From IMG/VR virus record IMGVR_UViG_3300028364_000031: a DNA stretch of 64,000 bases; one strand, written 5' to 3'. Every line of letters begins with the position of its first letter. Position 1 is the stretch's first letter. The stretch comes from an uncultured virus (IMG/VR IMGVR_UViG_3300028364_000031). Taxonomy: Duplodnaviria; Heunggongvirae; Uroviricota; Caudoviricetes. Of this stretch, positions 19,729 through 30,366 are shown one piece after another. A program made the translations under genes and the position numbers. The notes under the pieces were generated by a model. The model saw only the letters and a list, made by a program, of their open reading frames with translations, had not been told where the DNA came from and did not search any database.

Positions 19729-19958
19729 TACACATCTTCTGAGAATATTTTAACTATTCGTGTTTTCGTGATTTGCTCTTCATATAGAGCTTTAGCTTCC
19801 GCCAGTGCGAAATCTTCACTATCGAGTTCAAAGTACATCTCCCCATCTATATTTACATCTACATCGAACCAATCAGAGTCGCCATTGTAACGTTTCTGAA
19901 TATGATATGTCGCAGTACCGTTGCCTCTTATTCTTTCCTCTACTCTAAAATCGTCCAT
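19728..19958 (-). CDS. Hypothetical protein
   Basis: AAGGAG RBS; overlaps next start. Confidence 0.75.
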   Translation of the reverse strand: MDDFRVEERIRGNGTATYHIQKRYNGDSDWFDVDVNIDGEMYFELDSEDFALAEAKALYEEQITKTRIVKIFSEDV

Positions 19959-20074
19959 CTTAAATTCTCCTTTGGATAGCTATTATATTATATCGGGTGG
20001 TTAATGTCAATAGTCATATTGGTATTGACACTATATTTGGAATATGGTACTATGGCCATCTAAATTGGAGAATA

Positions 20075-20422
20075 ATGATGAGCAGAACAGGTTTTGGTTG
20101 GAAATTTAAGAACTTTTTATATCGTGTCAATAACCCACGTTTTTGGCAGCAAAATGAGCCAACAAGTTGGCAATGGGACAAGGTACTGAACGAGTTGCTA
20201 GATGACCACAAGGTGATAGTTACTGGTCGGAATACTTGTGAGATCGGGGATTATACAATATGGATTTCTAATTATCCCTACTCTTTTGGATATGTGTACA
20301 ACAGGGAAGATGTACTTCAGATGTCGGTGGTTTTACCCGCACCACTCACTAGGGTTAGATTGGGTAACGCAGTGAAATTTGCAATGTTTATGAAAGAGGC
20401 GGAACTAAACGGGATGAAGTAG
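20075..20422 (+). CDS. Hypothetical protein
   Basis: TTGACA..TACTAT promoter, GGAG RBS; leader duplicated at ~20507-20546. Confidence 0.75.
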   Translation: MMSRTGFGWKFKNFLYRVNNPRFWQQNEPTSWQWDKVLNELLDDHKVIVTGRNTCEIGDYTIWISNYPYSFGYVYNREDVLQMSVVLPAPLTRVRLGNAVKFAMFMKEAELNGMK

Positions 20423-20549
20423 TGAGTAATACTACGTATCCCGTTGGAGTTGATGAGGTCAATCACCTTTTCTCCGACCATCTTGCATCTACAATGCACA
20501 AAACATTATTTGAAATATGGTACTATGGTCGTCTAAATTGGAGAACGCC

Positions 20550-21305
20550 ATGTTATGGAACAAACGTAAGAAAAATGTGAGTAATAAACAGAATGATATT
20601 ATAGAGGAATATCCAAACTTAAATTTGTTAGATGATAAGCTCATGCTATCAGAAATGTTTGCTACTGATGTCCGTTGCACTTATCGTAATACCAGTATTA
20701 GATATAGTCGTGTTCCTATGAACATGACTGAAGAAGATTGTCAAACCATGCTAACCTTTTTAGAACGGTTACATAGCTACGGCAAGGACCGTAAGGTTGT
20801 TTCAGATTATATTAGTTCTAAAGTTCTTACGTTTTTGGAAAGCGATTATTTAGATACTATTACAGCATTTGATGGAGACTGTAGTACGCGAGTCACATTC
20901 CCAAAAGTTATTAGTCCCTTCTCTCCATATGGTGAACAGAGTTTACCCAAAAGAATGATAGCAGATATAAGTGTTAATGATATGAAGTATGATAGCTCTT
21001 TAATAGGTATAGGTGCCAAACAGATACAGGTATATGATGTGCTGGAAAATGAACGCTTCACAGAGTTGCTAGAGATTACACCAGCCGAACATGACCTACT
21101 TACAAATAATTATCCCCTTGCTGCCATAACATTACCCGTGCATCGGGATGTTTCGGTTATTGGGAATGACATGCTAGAAATGGTAATGGTAAAACTCAAT
21201 ACTATTAATAGTGGATTAGTGAAACATATATGTTGTATCCCAGAAGCGGTGGAGCCTGTTATGGATAAATTGAATCAAGAGTTTGGATTGTACCGCAGTG
21301 ACTAG
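20550..21305 (+). CDS. Hypothetical protein
   Basis: GGAG RBS before ATG 20550. Confidence 0.75.
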   Translation: MLWNKRKKNVSNKQNDIIEEYPNLNLLDDKLMLSEMFATDVRCTYRNTSIRYSRVPMNMTEEDCQTMLTFLERLHSYGKDRKVVSDYISSKVLTFLESDYLDTITAFDGDCSTRVTFPKVISPFSPYGEQSLPKRMIADISVNDMKYDSSLIGIGAKQIQVYDVLENERFTELLEITPAEHDLLTNNYPLAAITLPVHRDVSVIGNDMLEMVMVKLNTINSGLVKHICCIPEAVEPVMDKLNQEFGLYRSD

Positions 21306-21380
21306 CAGTGTATTACTACTGGTGATTGCTGTACATTTATCCGAACCCAATGATAATGATAAAGATGAGGAGGTTGAGCA

Positions 21381-21665
21381 TTGAAGTTATTGAACAAAAT
21401 AATCCGTGAAGTGCCTGACAAGGAATTAGGTGATGATTACTATCAAATGTATAACCAGCAGAAAATATATGGAGGGGGAACGGATATCGGTATTTTAGCT
21501 ACGGTTCCAAAGAAGGTTGATTCTACTCCTGTCAAATTTTATATTGGTATGACCAAATATCCCAACAAAGTATCCCATACATTTACTACGGGTGAGAGTG
21601 GTGATCCGGTACCCCGCGTAGATGAATTGTTTAAATTGATATTTGGGCGATCTTCATATAAATAG
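21381..21665 (+). CDS. Hypothetical protein with CTS-like leader (MKLLNKIIRE)
   Basis: GAGGAGG RBS before TTG start. Confidence 0.7.
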   Translation: MKLLNKIIREVPDKELGDDYYQMYNQQKIYGGGTDIGILATVPKKVDSTPVKFYIGMTKYPNKVSHTFTTGESGDPVPRVDELFKLIFGRSSYK

Positions 21666-21693
21666 TTTTATAAAATCGTAATGAGGTTATGTT

Positions 21694-22014
21694 ATGCGAG
21701 ATAAAGAAGTTTTAAAATTTACTGTTGGTAATGATCAATATACTTATGTTGGTGCCGCTGAAGAAGAAGATTTTGACAGTCATGGTGCTAACAATGTGAA
21801 AGTATATCACACTGTAGTTGATCCCGCTGGTAAAAAACAGCGAATGGATTGGAGTCCATACCAGTACCCCACCGAAGAAGATTTGGTTAAATGGGTGAAT
21901 TTGGGAATGCCGGATCGTACATTCTTTAACACTAATGGACCTATAGACTCTGAAATGATGGCTCGTACTGATCGCATGGACGAATCAGAATTTCCTTTTC
22001 TAAGTTCACTATAA
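21694..22014 (+). CDS. Late hypothetical protein
   Basis: TATAAATA 21657-21664, GAGG RBS. Confidence 0.75.
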   Translation: MRDKEVLKFTVGNDQYTYVGAAEEEDFDSHGANNVKVYHTVVDPAGKKQRMDWSPYQYPTEEDLVKWVNLGMPDRTFFNTNGPIDSEMMARTDRMDESEFPFLSSL

Positions 22015-22022
22015 GGTTTAAC

Positions 22023-22733
22023 ATGGAAATTCAAAAACTACTAGAGCTAATTGAACCAGAAGTTAAAAGTTACAACATGAAAAATCGTCGCTTTGATCAA
22101 CGATCTTCTAGTGCTGATGTAAATCCACATGTATTAGATGACGATGAAAGAGAAAAAGGATATGTGGGTGCGGGGTTCTACTCCGTGGTTAAAAAGGATA
22201 GAGACCCACACTTTGTACAAAAAACTAGTAGAGATGCTAAACGTGCGCCCACCGATGGATATTGGTTCTTTATAAAGCGTGTAGTGGATAACAAGCTTTG
22301 GGAAAATCCATATTTTCCAAGAGTGTATCAATTCAAAAAGTTTTATAAGGGTAGCCAAGCCCATTACCGGGTAAAACTGGAAACATTAACCGAAATTGAA
22401 CTGTTAAGAAAAGATGAACTATTGACAATATTAAACCGTATGGTTGGTCAAGATGTTGAAGATATTGGGATGGTCCAAGATCGCATGAAGGCTTACGATG
22501 TTTGTGAATTGATTGTCGAGGTTATGAAGAATGTATGGGACGATTCGGTTTCAGGTCGCAATGCAGAAAAGCTCGACACTAATTTAGTATCTGCTATGAG
22601 AGAATTGAAAAAGATGGGTGGCAACAATTTCAGTTATGACCTTCACAAGGCTAACGTCATGGCTCGTCGTGGCCCACACGGACTTCACCCTGTAATCATA
22701 GACCCGTTCGGTGCTACCAAATATAAAAATTAA
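22023..22733 (+). CDS. Protein kinase-like protein with CTS-like leader
   Basis: VGAGFYSVV Gly loop, catalytic DLHKANVM, IIDP. Confidence 0.78.
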   Translation: MEIQKLLELIEPEVKSYNMKNRRFDQRSSSADVNPHVLDDDEREKGYVGAGFYSVVKKDRDPHFVQKTSRDAKRAPTDGYWFFIKRVVDNKLWENPYFPRVYQFKKFYKGSQAHYRVKLETLTEIELLRKDELLTILNRMVGQDVEDIGMVQDRMKAYDVCELIVEVMKNVWDDSVSGRNAEKLDTNLVSAMRELKKMGGNNFSYDLHKANVMARRGPHGLHPVIIDPFGATKYKN

Positions 22734-23014
22734 TTATTACAACAACCCCCCAAATAGGGTAGTATAACCCCAATTTAGGGTTGTTTTTATGGTCGTCGGT
22801 TCCATTTTACGATAACACCTTCCTTACTATCACCCATAATATTAGCACCACAACCACCCGACAATTCTAAGCAGTTCATCTCCCACACAACACCCTTTTT
22901 AACAATATTACCCATTATATCCCATATACAACCAAACTGTCAAACTCATCATACAGTTTGACAGTGGTAGATGGCATATGATATAATTATTACTTGATTC
23001 TAGGAGAAATAATC

Positions 23015-23389
23015 ATGGTTTTTAAAAATAATAGGTTTTTTAGTAAGTTTATTGAGGCATACTTTCAACCCGATCATAGATTTGGGGTTGCCATTGCTGG
23101 GGGTTTTATGATATTCTTGGCTTATATAGTATTACCAATGACACTAGTAGCACTTTTTTTTGCGGAAATTTGTGGAAGAGTGTACGATAGGGACGATATT
23201 CCCGGATTTGTATTCATTATCGCAGTGGCTATGACAATATCAACAATAATATTGTCTATTTTTGGTGTATTGTTATGGTGGTCATATATAATCCCGGCAA
23301 CCACAGTTATTTTTATTGTATCATTACTAACTGGGGCTATAATGGTGCCATATTATCTTTATAACGGTAAAAATGTACCAAAAAGTTGA
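23015..23389 (+). CDS. Integral membrane protein
   Basis: Three long hydrophobic segments; AGGAG RBS; sigma70 promoter upstream. Confidence 0.7.
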   Translation: MVFKNNRFFSKFIEAYFQPDHRFGVAIAGGFMIFLAYIVLPMTLVALFFAEICGRVYDRDDIPGFVFIIAVAMTISTIILSIFGVLLWWSYIIPATTVIFIVSLLTGAIMVPYYLYNGKNVPKS

Positions 23390-23487
23390 TTTTTTTACGA
23401 AAATGGGATAATTTTAACGTCTTCATCGACGGAAAATCACGTATATCTCGAAATTTACACAGAAATTAAAAATATAAGAGGCTTCAA

Positions 23488-24648
23488 ATGAAAAACATAT
23501 TAAATATTGAAAACCATACGTTTCTTACTGAAGGTGAATCAGTGGAATCTAATTTTGTACGACTTTTTAGTAAAATTCCCAACCATACTATAACTCTATA
23601 CGAGATGGATATGGAGAATTACACCCAAGTTGGAGAATTTGTGAAACGATGTATTGACTTTTTTGCAGAGCATTCCACTAATATAACTACAAGTGTATAT
23701 AACAGTCAATATGATGGAAAATTTATGCACTATATTACATTGTACGGGGAAAATGCCTTAATGGTTATACGAGCAGACATGAAGGAGATGGCTGTTGGAA
23801 TTACTAAAGAAACCTTTCATACACTGATTAATAATAAAGCTGACAAGATTTCAATATCGTTTGATAGCGATTCTCAGTTTGGTAAAGAGGTATACGAAAA
23901 ATGTTTCGATCAGTGTACCACTATAAAAAGTAAAGGTAACAAAGAGGCATCGTTCAATATCATTGAAGCTGCTAGTAATGGGAGCTTGTATATTGATAAA
24001 ATAAATGTGAAGATTGAAGATGATATTGATATCGACCTTATGTACAATGATGGCTTTGAGGACGTACATGAAAACATTCTGAGAAACCTTCGAGAAGAGT
24101 CCACCGGACTTATAATGTTACATGGTGGTATAGGCTGCGGTAAGACAAGTTATATCCGTAGATTGATCATAGAGCTTTCTAGTGGAAAGAAACAGGTCAT
24201 TTATATGCCACCCGATATGGCTAATAGCATTTCATCACCTAGCTTCATGAAATTTTTACGCGAACATAAAAACAGTATCATTGTTATTGAAGATGCAGAG
24301 AACATATTGAAGAGTAGGGAAGCTGGGGCCAATTCATCAGTGGCGAATATACTTAATACAACTGATGGTCTCATGGGAGACGCCTTGCAGTTACATTTTA
24401 TTTGCACATTCAATGCTGATAAGCAAGACATAGATCAGGCTCTATTCAGACCCGGACGATTGCTCCAAGAGTACAAGTTCGATAAACTTACCGTAGATAA
24501 AGCTAAAAAGCTTTGGGATAGTCTTGGGAAACCTTCAGATGAGTTCCCTGATACCGAAATGTCTATAGCTGAGATTTTCAATCACAATGATAGAATCGAA
24601 ATAGAAGAGAAGAAAAAGGGTAGTTTTGGGTTCACACCTGAATCCTGA
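23488..24648 (+). CDS. AAA+ ATPase
   Basis: Walker A GGIGCGKTS, Walker B IVIEDAE, SRH CTFN...ID.ALFRPGRL. Confidence 0.92.
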   Translation: MKNILNIENHTFLTEGESVESNFVRLFSKIPNHTITLYEMDMENYTQVGEFVKRCIDFFAEHSTNITTSVYNSQYDGKFMHYITLYGENALMVIRADMKEMAVGITKETFHTLINNKADKISISFDSDSQFGKEVYEKCFDQCTTIKSKGNKEASFNIIEAASNGSLYIDKINVKIEDDIDIDLMYNDGFEDVHENILRNLREESTGLIMLHGGIGCGKTSYIRRLIIELSSGKKQVIYMPPDMANSISSPSFMKFLREHKNSIIVIEDAENILKSREAGANSSVANILNTTDGLMGDALQLHFICTFNADKQDIDQALFRPGRLLQEYKFDKLTVDKAKKLWDSLGKPSDEFPDTEMSIAEIFNHNDRIEIEEKKKGSFGFTPES

Positions 24649-24696
24649 AATTACTGTTCAACATTGCGAAATGTTAATATCAAATAGGAAAATATT

Positions 24697-25485
24697 ATGC
24701 CAACAGTTATAACAGTTAAACTGTTAAAGTCTCTTGACGCGAGTCCCCAGTTCATAAATTTGGTAGAACGGAACAACCTTGAGGGCTTCCCGTTAGATCG
24801 CTTAACTGAGATTGAGGGTGATTATTGTGGCTATATTGAATGGCTCAAGAATGCTTTGAGTACTACTACTTTTTGTGAGCGTGGAAATATTATAGAACGT
24901 ATGGGTTTTTTTGGTGCAACACTATATGAGTATGACTTAGACAACAAGTTGACTAAACAAATATTACCACACGGTAGTTCAATATTATACGAATATGACA
25001 CTTGTGGTAATAAAATTAAAGAATCATTTGCAAATGGAAAATCAGATATGTTTGTGTATGATGATTGTGATAGACTGACTAAAACTATAAACTCCTTTGG
25101 ATATGAAACAGTATATGAATATGATACTAGAGGTAATATGTTTAAACAGTTCAACAGTATAACCAACAATACACTAACGCGGGAATTTAAAAATTACAAT
25201 GATGGCCAATTAAGACGGCTGGATAACATGTACATCCCATTCTTCCATAAGAATAAGTTCAAACACGTATGGGACTATATGATATGGGTGATAGCGAGTC
25301 GGGGAATTCACAGTTTTGAATTCCCCGACCGTGAAGGTGCCTCTAATGGTGAAGTAAAGCGATGGATAGAGCAGGGTGCGGTTCTCATCAATGGCAAACG
25401 TTGTAAACCTTTTGATGCTATATCTTTACCCATCGAAAGCCTAATACTTTTTCCAAAAGGTAAAAACAGAAACACGCTAATCTAA
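24697..25485 (+). CDS. YD-repeat protein (paralog of 7736..8425) fused to an S4-like C-terminal domain
   Basis: Shared TVKLLK..LVERNNLEGFPLDRL N-terminus; SNGEVKRWIEQGAVLING resembles S4. Confidence 0.75.
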   Translation: MPTVITVKLLKSLDASPQFINLVERNNLEGFPLDRLTEIEGDYCGYIEWLKNALSTTTFCERGNIIERMGFFGATLYEYDLDNKLTKQILPHGSSILYEYDTCGNKIKESFANGKSDMFVYDDCDRLTKTINSFGYETVYEYDTRGNMFKQFNSITNNTLTREFKNYNDGQLRRLDNMYIPFFHKNKFKHVWDYMIWVIASRGIHSFEFPDREGASNGEVKRWIEQGAVLINGKRCKPFDAISLPIESLILFPKGKNRNTLI

Positions 25486-26126
25486 TCGAAAGCCTTTCCA
25501 CGCTGTAGTTCATCTATTAAGCATAGTTTAATGTCATCCCAGTGATCAAATGATAGAATGTCTGGATGTGAGTCCTCATACTGAATGAATGGTGTATTTA
25601 TTTTAATACTCAGTATGCCACTCTCGGCACATCCATTCAAAAAGTCATGACGATCATCTACTAAGGCATCTATTCTAGCCAAGTATTTTTCTTTAGTAAC
25701 CAACTGGCCAAAGTTACCTTTTCCGAAATGTCTAACAAGATTATTAAACTTGGACCTTCCCCCATTACCTTTGTTGTGGGTTACAAATACAATATTGAAA
25801 TATTCCATCAACTCCTTGATAGACTCTACTGCACCATCAACTGGTTCAATTGTATCGTATACACCTTCGTTTCTCCAAAAGTCTAGTGTCTCAATGTTAT
25901 CATTATATGGTTCACTGAAGTGTGTAGATATATCATAGTTTACTTGGTGTCCCTGAGCAATAAAATCATCAATGTTATTGGGTAGGTCTTCATTCATGGT
26001 CATATTTTTTAACCATGCCCACCATGCCCTATCGGATCGTAAAGTGGTCAAATCGACATCTACGCCTAGGGTTGGTTTTGATTTATCAGTTTTATACGTC
26101 ATTATGTTCTCCAAAAAAGTTATCAA
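25482..26126 (-). CDS. 5'(3')-deoxyribonucleotidase, HAD family
   Basis: GVDVDLT motif I, P..GAVE, FVT, LVDDR; start may be ~26102. Confidence 0.8.
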   Translation of the reverse strand: MITFLENIMTYKTDKSKPTLGVDVDLTTLRSDRAWWAWLKNMTMNEDLPNNIDDFIAQGHQVNYDISTHFSEPYNDNIETLDFWRNEGVYDTIEPVDGAVESIKELMEYFNIVFVTHNKGNGGRSKFNNLVRHFGKGNFGQLVTKEKYLARIDALVDDRHDFLNGCAESGILSIKINTPFIQYEDSHPDILSFDHWDDIKLCLIDELQRGKAFD

Positions 26127-26703
26127 TTTCTATTGCTACAGCATTTACTTGATCTTGAATGCTAGTGTTATTATCCCGCACCCTTCTGGTAATCTCTGGA
26201 AAATCAGTGATAAAGTCTCTACTATCATATTCAAAAGTGCAACCCTCACGCCCCCATTGTAATATTAGAAGACTGTTTGGTGTAAGACCCTCTTTGAGTG
26301 GTAACACTTCTTCTTCGAATCCACCATCGGGAATGATGAAATTGTTTTTACTATTTCGCTGAATATATTCAAGTACTCTGTCACCAAAGTATCTTTTACC
26401 GTGAACAGGTTTAACCCAATCTTCACTAATTTTTATCAAATAGTTACGTTGGGATAATCCACCAAGTTTACTCCAAGGTAATTCTTTATTTTCGGAGTTA
26501 TACCTATGCTCCCACTCCTCTAAAGGTATTCCTGAAACCATTAACGCGATTTCGATAAGTTTTCCTTTGAACGAGGCCATTCCAAAATCGGGTGATCGTT
26601 TTATTATCCCTTCAGCTATAGTATCTTTACCACCTCTCGGTGGGCAATTCAAAATGACTATCTTTTGCATATCATGTTCCTTATTTTGATTATAATTATC
26701 CAT
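26092..26703 (-). CDS. Deoxynucleoside monophosphate kinase-like P-loop protein
   Basis: ILNCPPRGGKDT, SFK..L, IIPDGGFEEE. Confidence 0.72.
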   Translation of the reverse strand: MDNYNQNKEHDMQKIVILNCPPRGGKDTIAEGIIKRSPDFGMASFKGKLIEIALMVSGIPLEEWEHRYNSENKELPWSKLGGLSQRNYLIKISEDWVKPVHGKRYFGDRVLEYIQRNSKNNFIIPDGGFEEEVLPLKEGLTPNSLLILQWGREGCTFEYDSRDFITDFPEITRRVRDNNTSIQDQVNAVAIEIDNFFGEHNDV

Positions 26704-26809
26704 TCTTGTGTTGTAACTGTCAACCTAAATAACACTCTTTAAATATTGACTTAAATATGTTTAAGAATGTACACTCTCCAAGTACAACAACACTAACAAG
26801 GAAAATATT

Positions 26810-27868
26810 ATGCCTGATGAAAATGTAACAACGCAACAAAACGTAGTCTATAAACTTTTTAACTCATTGAGAAATAAGATAAGTGGGCTATTTTTCAAAA
26901 CCCCCATAAATCCAAAAGCTATAAAGCTCAAAACGATTCCACGACCTCTTCCGATTGATAATGGAAAATACCACAGACATAAATCCAATAACAACTCTTT
27001 ACCTTATGTGATTTTATCAGAAGCGTATGGGCTACGTGATGAAAATCTAACTATAGATTTGGACTCTCTTATTAGAGATGCTGAAGAGCGAGATGCTGTT
27101 GTAAAACTTCCCATGCTAGAACAGTTTCTGTTAATGATGACGAACGATCAACACCGTAAGGATTTCTTCACAATCAATTATTACAAACAGTTTTCGTCAA
27201 CAATTGAGTCGGAGGTAATAGAAAAATTTAGAATGGCTGATATGATGTTTAGGCACCCAGACAAGACATTATACATTTATAATGAAGATAGCTTCGGGGA
27301 CGGTATAAAGTTCTATCAATTTCAGATTAGACATGACCTAGATAATCTTGATGAAGTTATCTTGGGAGAAGACCTTATCATTTTTGCCATAGATTTAAAT
27401 GATAATGCATTGACAACTGCACTGAACGAGCATAAAGCTGTTAGTCGTATTTTTAGAGGGGTTAGAAGAAACCTCTATCAGACCTCCCGCCTCATAAATT
27501 ATAGAGTTAACCCATTAGAGTCTGTATTTTCTAGTATCGTTAAGACTAGTGAAGAGGAAGAAGAGAAGGTAAATAAAATACTGTGGGATGTCCTAGCTAG
27601 TGAAGAGGAAAAAGAGGAAGAAGAGAAGGCAAATAAAGTACTGTTGGATTCTAATCCGGAATATCGTTTAGTCAGTAAAAAGAAATGGTATAGTTTATCC
27701 GACTTTCATCCACGTGGTGACAGTGAACCCAGTGAACCCAAGATTGATGATTATTGGGTGACAAACCATTTCGATATAAGACAGTGGGACGGTTGTGAGT
27801 GGAAAAAGGTCAAGTGGTACAGTAAAGAGGATATGGAGGATATAGAGGATGATACAAAAGATGCTTGA
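26810..27868 (+). CDS. Hypothetical protein
   Basis: 352 aa; AAGGA RBS; duplicated SEEE...EEK.NK.L.D segment. Confidence 0.75.
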   Translation: MPDENVTTQQNVVYKLFNSLRNKISGLFFKTPINPKAIKLKTIPRPLPIDNGKYHRHKSNNNSLPYVILSEAYGLRDENLTIDLDSLIRDAEERDAVVKLPMLEQFLLMMTNDQHRKDFFTINYYKQFSSTIESEVIEKFRMADMMFRHPDKTLYIYNEDSFGDGIKFYQFQIRHDLDNLDEVILGEDLIIFAIDLNDNALTTALNEHKAVSRIFRGVRRNLYQTSRLINYRVNPLESVFSSIVKTSEEEEEKVNKILWDVLASEEEKEEEEKANKVLLDSNPEYRLVSKKKWYSLSDFHPRGDSEPSEPKIDDYWVTNHFDIRQWDGCEWKKVKWYSKEDMEDIEDDTKDA

Positions 27869-27947
27869 CATATCCGCGCTAAGTGTGTATCATTCAATGT
27901 TCGCAATGGTGCGAGTGTAAAAACTTTTATATAATAAGGATTATAAT

Positions 27948-28298
27948 ATGACAACACAAAAACAACGACGCTTTACAAAAACTCAGGTTTGTGCTATTCG
28001 ACATTCCATTAACGTACTAAACGAATCTGCTAGTTCTGTAGCCAAACGCTATTCTGCTGCAAGTTCCACCGTTAACAGAATCGCAATGGGTGGTAGTTAT
28101 GCGGATATCCCTATGGCTCGCCCAATTCCGGGTTTCCCCAGCTACCTAGCATATCCAAATGGTAAAGTGTGGTCTACGACTCGTAGCAAGTTCCTCAAGA
28201 GCGTAAACAAGGGTAGTGGTACCTACTACAATCTCTGGAACGGTAATGACCGTCAGGCTATCCCACGCAAGGGATTTGAGCAGCGTATGTTCAGCTAA
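27948..28298 (+). CDS. HTH + NUMOD4-like DNA-binding protein without nuclease domain
   Basis: VAKRY...SSTVNRI helix-turn-helix; IPGFPSY.AYPNGKVWS. Confidence 0.65.
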   Translation: MTTQKQRRFTKTQVCAIRHSINVLNESASSVAKRYSAASSTVNRIAMGGSYADIPMARPIPGFPSYLAYPNGKVWSTTRSKFLKSVNKGSGTYYNLWNGNDRQAIPRKGFEQRMFS

Positions 28299-28320
28299 GT
28301 AGTAGTTTTAAAACGCATAA

Positions 28321-28347
28321 AAAAAAGGGGCCAATGGCCCCTTTTTT
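28321..28347. terminator. Bidirectional terminator between convergent genes
   Basis: AAAAAAGGGGCC-AAT-GGCCCCTTTTTT. Confidence 0.9.
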
Positions 28348-28363
28348 CATTTTACAATTTCAA

Positions 28364-28744
28364 TCAGTTTACACTTTCGAAGATTTTCTGTGCCTTATTT
28401 ACTGTATTGCTAAAGCTTTCCATCAATTCCTCTCTAAACTCGTTTCCTTCTTGGACTAAAACATTAGCCTGTTTGATATTTTTTTGCTTTTCTTCAAGCT
28501 TTTGGGCACTGTCAGCACTTTCAATAAGCTGCTTTGCGCTCTTCAATGTTTCTGAAACTCTCTTGAAGCCTGACTTCAGATCAGAGTCATCAACATTTAC
28601 TTGCTCGTTCAATGTGCTAAATTCGTTTTTGTAAAGTGCCAAGTCTTGCTTAGATTCTCTAAGAAGAGAATTGTACATTTTCTTAACAGTCTTAACGTTA
28701 TTGTGGATTTTATTTTCGACTAACAGTTCGTGGATTATGCTCAT
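28364..28744 (-). CDS. Coiled-coil protein with CTS-like leader (MSIIHELLVE)
   Basis: Coupled to upstream acidic gene. Confidence 0.75.
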   Translation of the reverse strand: MSIIHELLVENKIHNNVKTVKKMYNSLLRESKQDLALYKNEFSTLNEQVNVDDSDLKSGFKRVSETLKSAKQLIESADSAQKLEEKQKNIKQANVLVQEGNEFREELMESFSNTVNKAQKIFESVN

Positions 28745-29199
28745 TATTCGTTACCTCTTTTATTGAAAACATCAAAATCAAATTCTTCATCATCTTCACT
28801 GTCATCATCTTCACCATCCAGTTCTAGGTCAGATAGGGAGGGACTGAAGGTTTCTTCATCATCATCACCCATATCGTTACCATCTTGATCTAGTCCTAAC
28901 ATACTGCGAAGTTTGTCAGTAATATCTACTCTCTTTTCACCAGCAAAGGATTCTTCATCCTCATCGCCCATGCCAAGTTCTCCATGGTCGCCGTGTTCAT
29001 CGTCGTCACCCATACCATCCATGTCGTGATCGCCTATACCATCTTCTTCGCCATCTGCGCCACTGAAGTCTATGTCGCCACGGTCATCATCCTCACCTTC
29101 ATCGTCGTTACCAAAAGAAAATTCATTTCTTTCTTCATCCTCGTCAGTATTTGAGAACTTGATATCGAATTCTTTTAAAATGTTTGTTAGTTCGCCCAT
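28744..29199 (-). CDS. Extremely acidic low-complexity protein with CTS-like leader (MGELTNILKE)
   Basis: D/E/G-rich throughout. Confidence 0.78.
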   Translation of the reverse strand: MGELTNILKEFDIKFSNTDEDEERNEFSFGNDDEGEDDDRGDIDFSGADGEEDGIGDHDMDGMGDDDEHGDHGELGMGDEDEESFAGEKRVDITDKLRSMLGLDQDGNDMGDDDEETFSPSLSDLELDGEDDDSEDDEEFDFDVFNKRGNE

Positions 29200-29312
29200 T
29201 GTTGCTACCTTGCAATTTCCATACTATTTATATATTCCGATTAACAGTTGAAACATTTGACTTAACTGCACCAAGTCCCTAATATTCATGGGTAGATAAA
29301 AAAGGAGATACC

Positions 29313-30362
29313 ATGCACATTGAAGAAAGTGTAAAGTTAGACTTTTCTGACGTACTTATTCGTCCTAAGAGAAGTACTTTAGAAAGTAGAAAAGATGTTG
29401 ACCTCAATAGAACATTAGTTCTACCATATGGTCAAGAGATACGATGTGTACCTGTAATGAATTCAAATATGGGGACATGTGGTACGTTCGAGATAGCACG
29501 GATATTAACAGATCATAACTGTTTGGCAACTGTTCATAAGTATCACACCAAAGAACACTGGGTTAAGTTTGGTAATAGTATAACAAACCTCCATAATGTG
29601 TTCTTTCCGGTTGGGATGAATAATGAAGATTTGGATTTTCTGGAAGAAGTGAATGTTGAACTTGGTCAAAGAATTAGAATGGTCATGGTGGATGTTGCCA
29701 ATGGATATACTCAAAAATTTATTGACCATGTTTCTAGAATACGAGAGCGATTCCCAGAATTCACCATCGCTGCTGGGAATGTTGTCACCGCAGACCTCAC
29801 CGAAGCTCTTATAATAGCTGGGGCTGATATTATTAAGGTGAATATTGGTGCTGGCTCAATGTGTACGTCTAGACTTAAGGCCGGTGTGGGGTATCCACAA
29901 CTTAGTGCGGTGATCGAATGTGCTGATGCTGCTCATGGTGTTGGTGGTCATGTTATATCTGATGGTGGCTGTTCACAGGTTGGAGACTTTTCCAAAGCCC
30001 TAGGTGGTGGTGCCGATATTGTAATGTCCGGGTCATTTTTCGCGGGATGTGATGAATCTGATACAGAAATCATCGAAGATTTTGGTGAAAAGTATTGTAT
30101 TAACTACGGAATGTCCTCTAGAACTGCACAGGATCGCTTCAACGGGGGTTTAAAGAGTTACAGAAGCAGTGAGGGAAGAACGGCCAGAATACCTTATGTA
30201 GGAAGCGCAGAGGACGTTCTAGCAGATATTTTGGGTGGCATACGAAGCACATGTACTTACGTTGGTGCCAAAACAATTAAAGAACTACCTAAACGCACGA
30301 CCTTTATCCGGGTAAATAATACCCACAATAGAACATTTGAACATACAACTATAGGAGATTAA
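29313..30362 (+). CDS. guaC: GMP reductase
   Basis: KLDFSDVLIRPKRSTL.SR, DVANGY, IGAGSMCTSR, GVGYPQLSAV, SEGRT, TTFIRV. Confidence 0.95.
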   Translation: MHIEESVKLDFSDVLIRPKRSTLESRKDVDLNRTLVLPYGQEIRCVPVMNSNMGTCGTFEIARILTDHNCLATVHKYHTKEHWVKFGNSITNLHNVFFPVGMNNEDLDFLEEVNVELGQRIRMVMVDVANGYTQKFIDHVSRIRERFPEFTIAAGNVVTADLTEALIIAGADIIKVNIGAGSMCTSRLKAGVGYPQLSAVIECADAAHGVGGHVISDGGCSQVGDFSKALGGGADIVMSGSFFAGCDESDTEIIEDFGEKYCINYGMSSRTAQDRFNGGLKSYRSSEGRTARIPYVGSAEDVLADILGGIRSTCTYVGAKTIKELPKRTTFIRVNNTHNRTFEHTTIGD

Positions 30363-30366
30363 TCAA

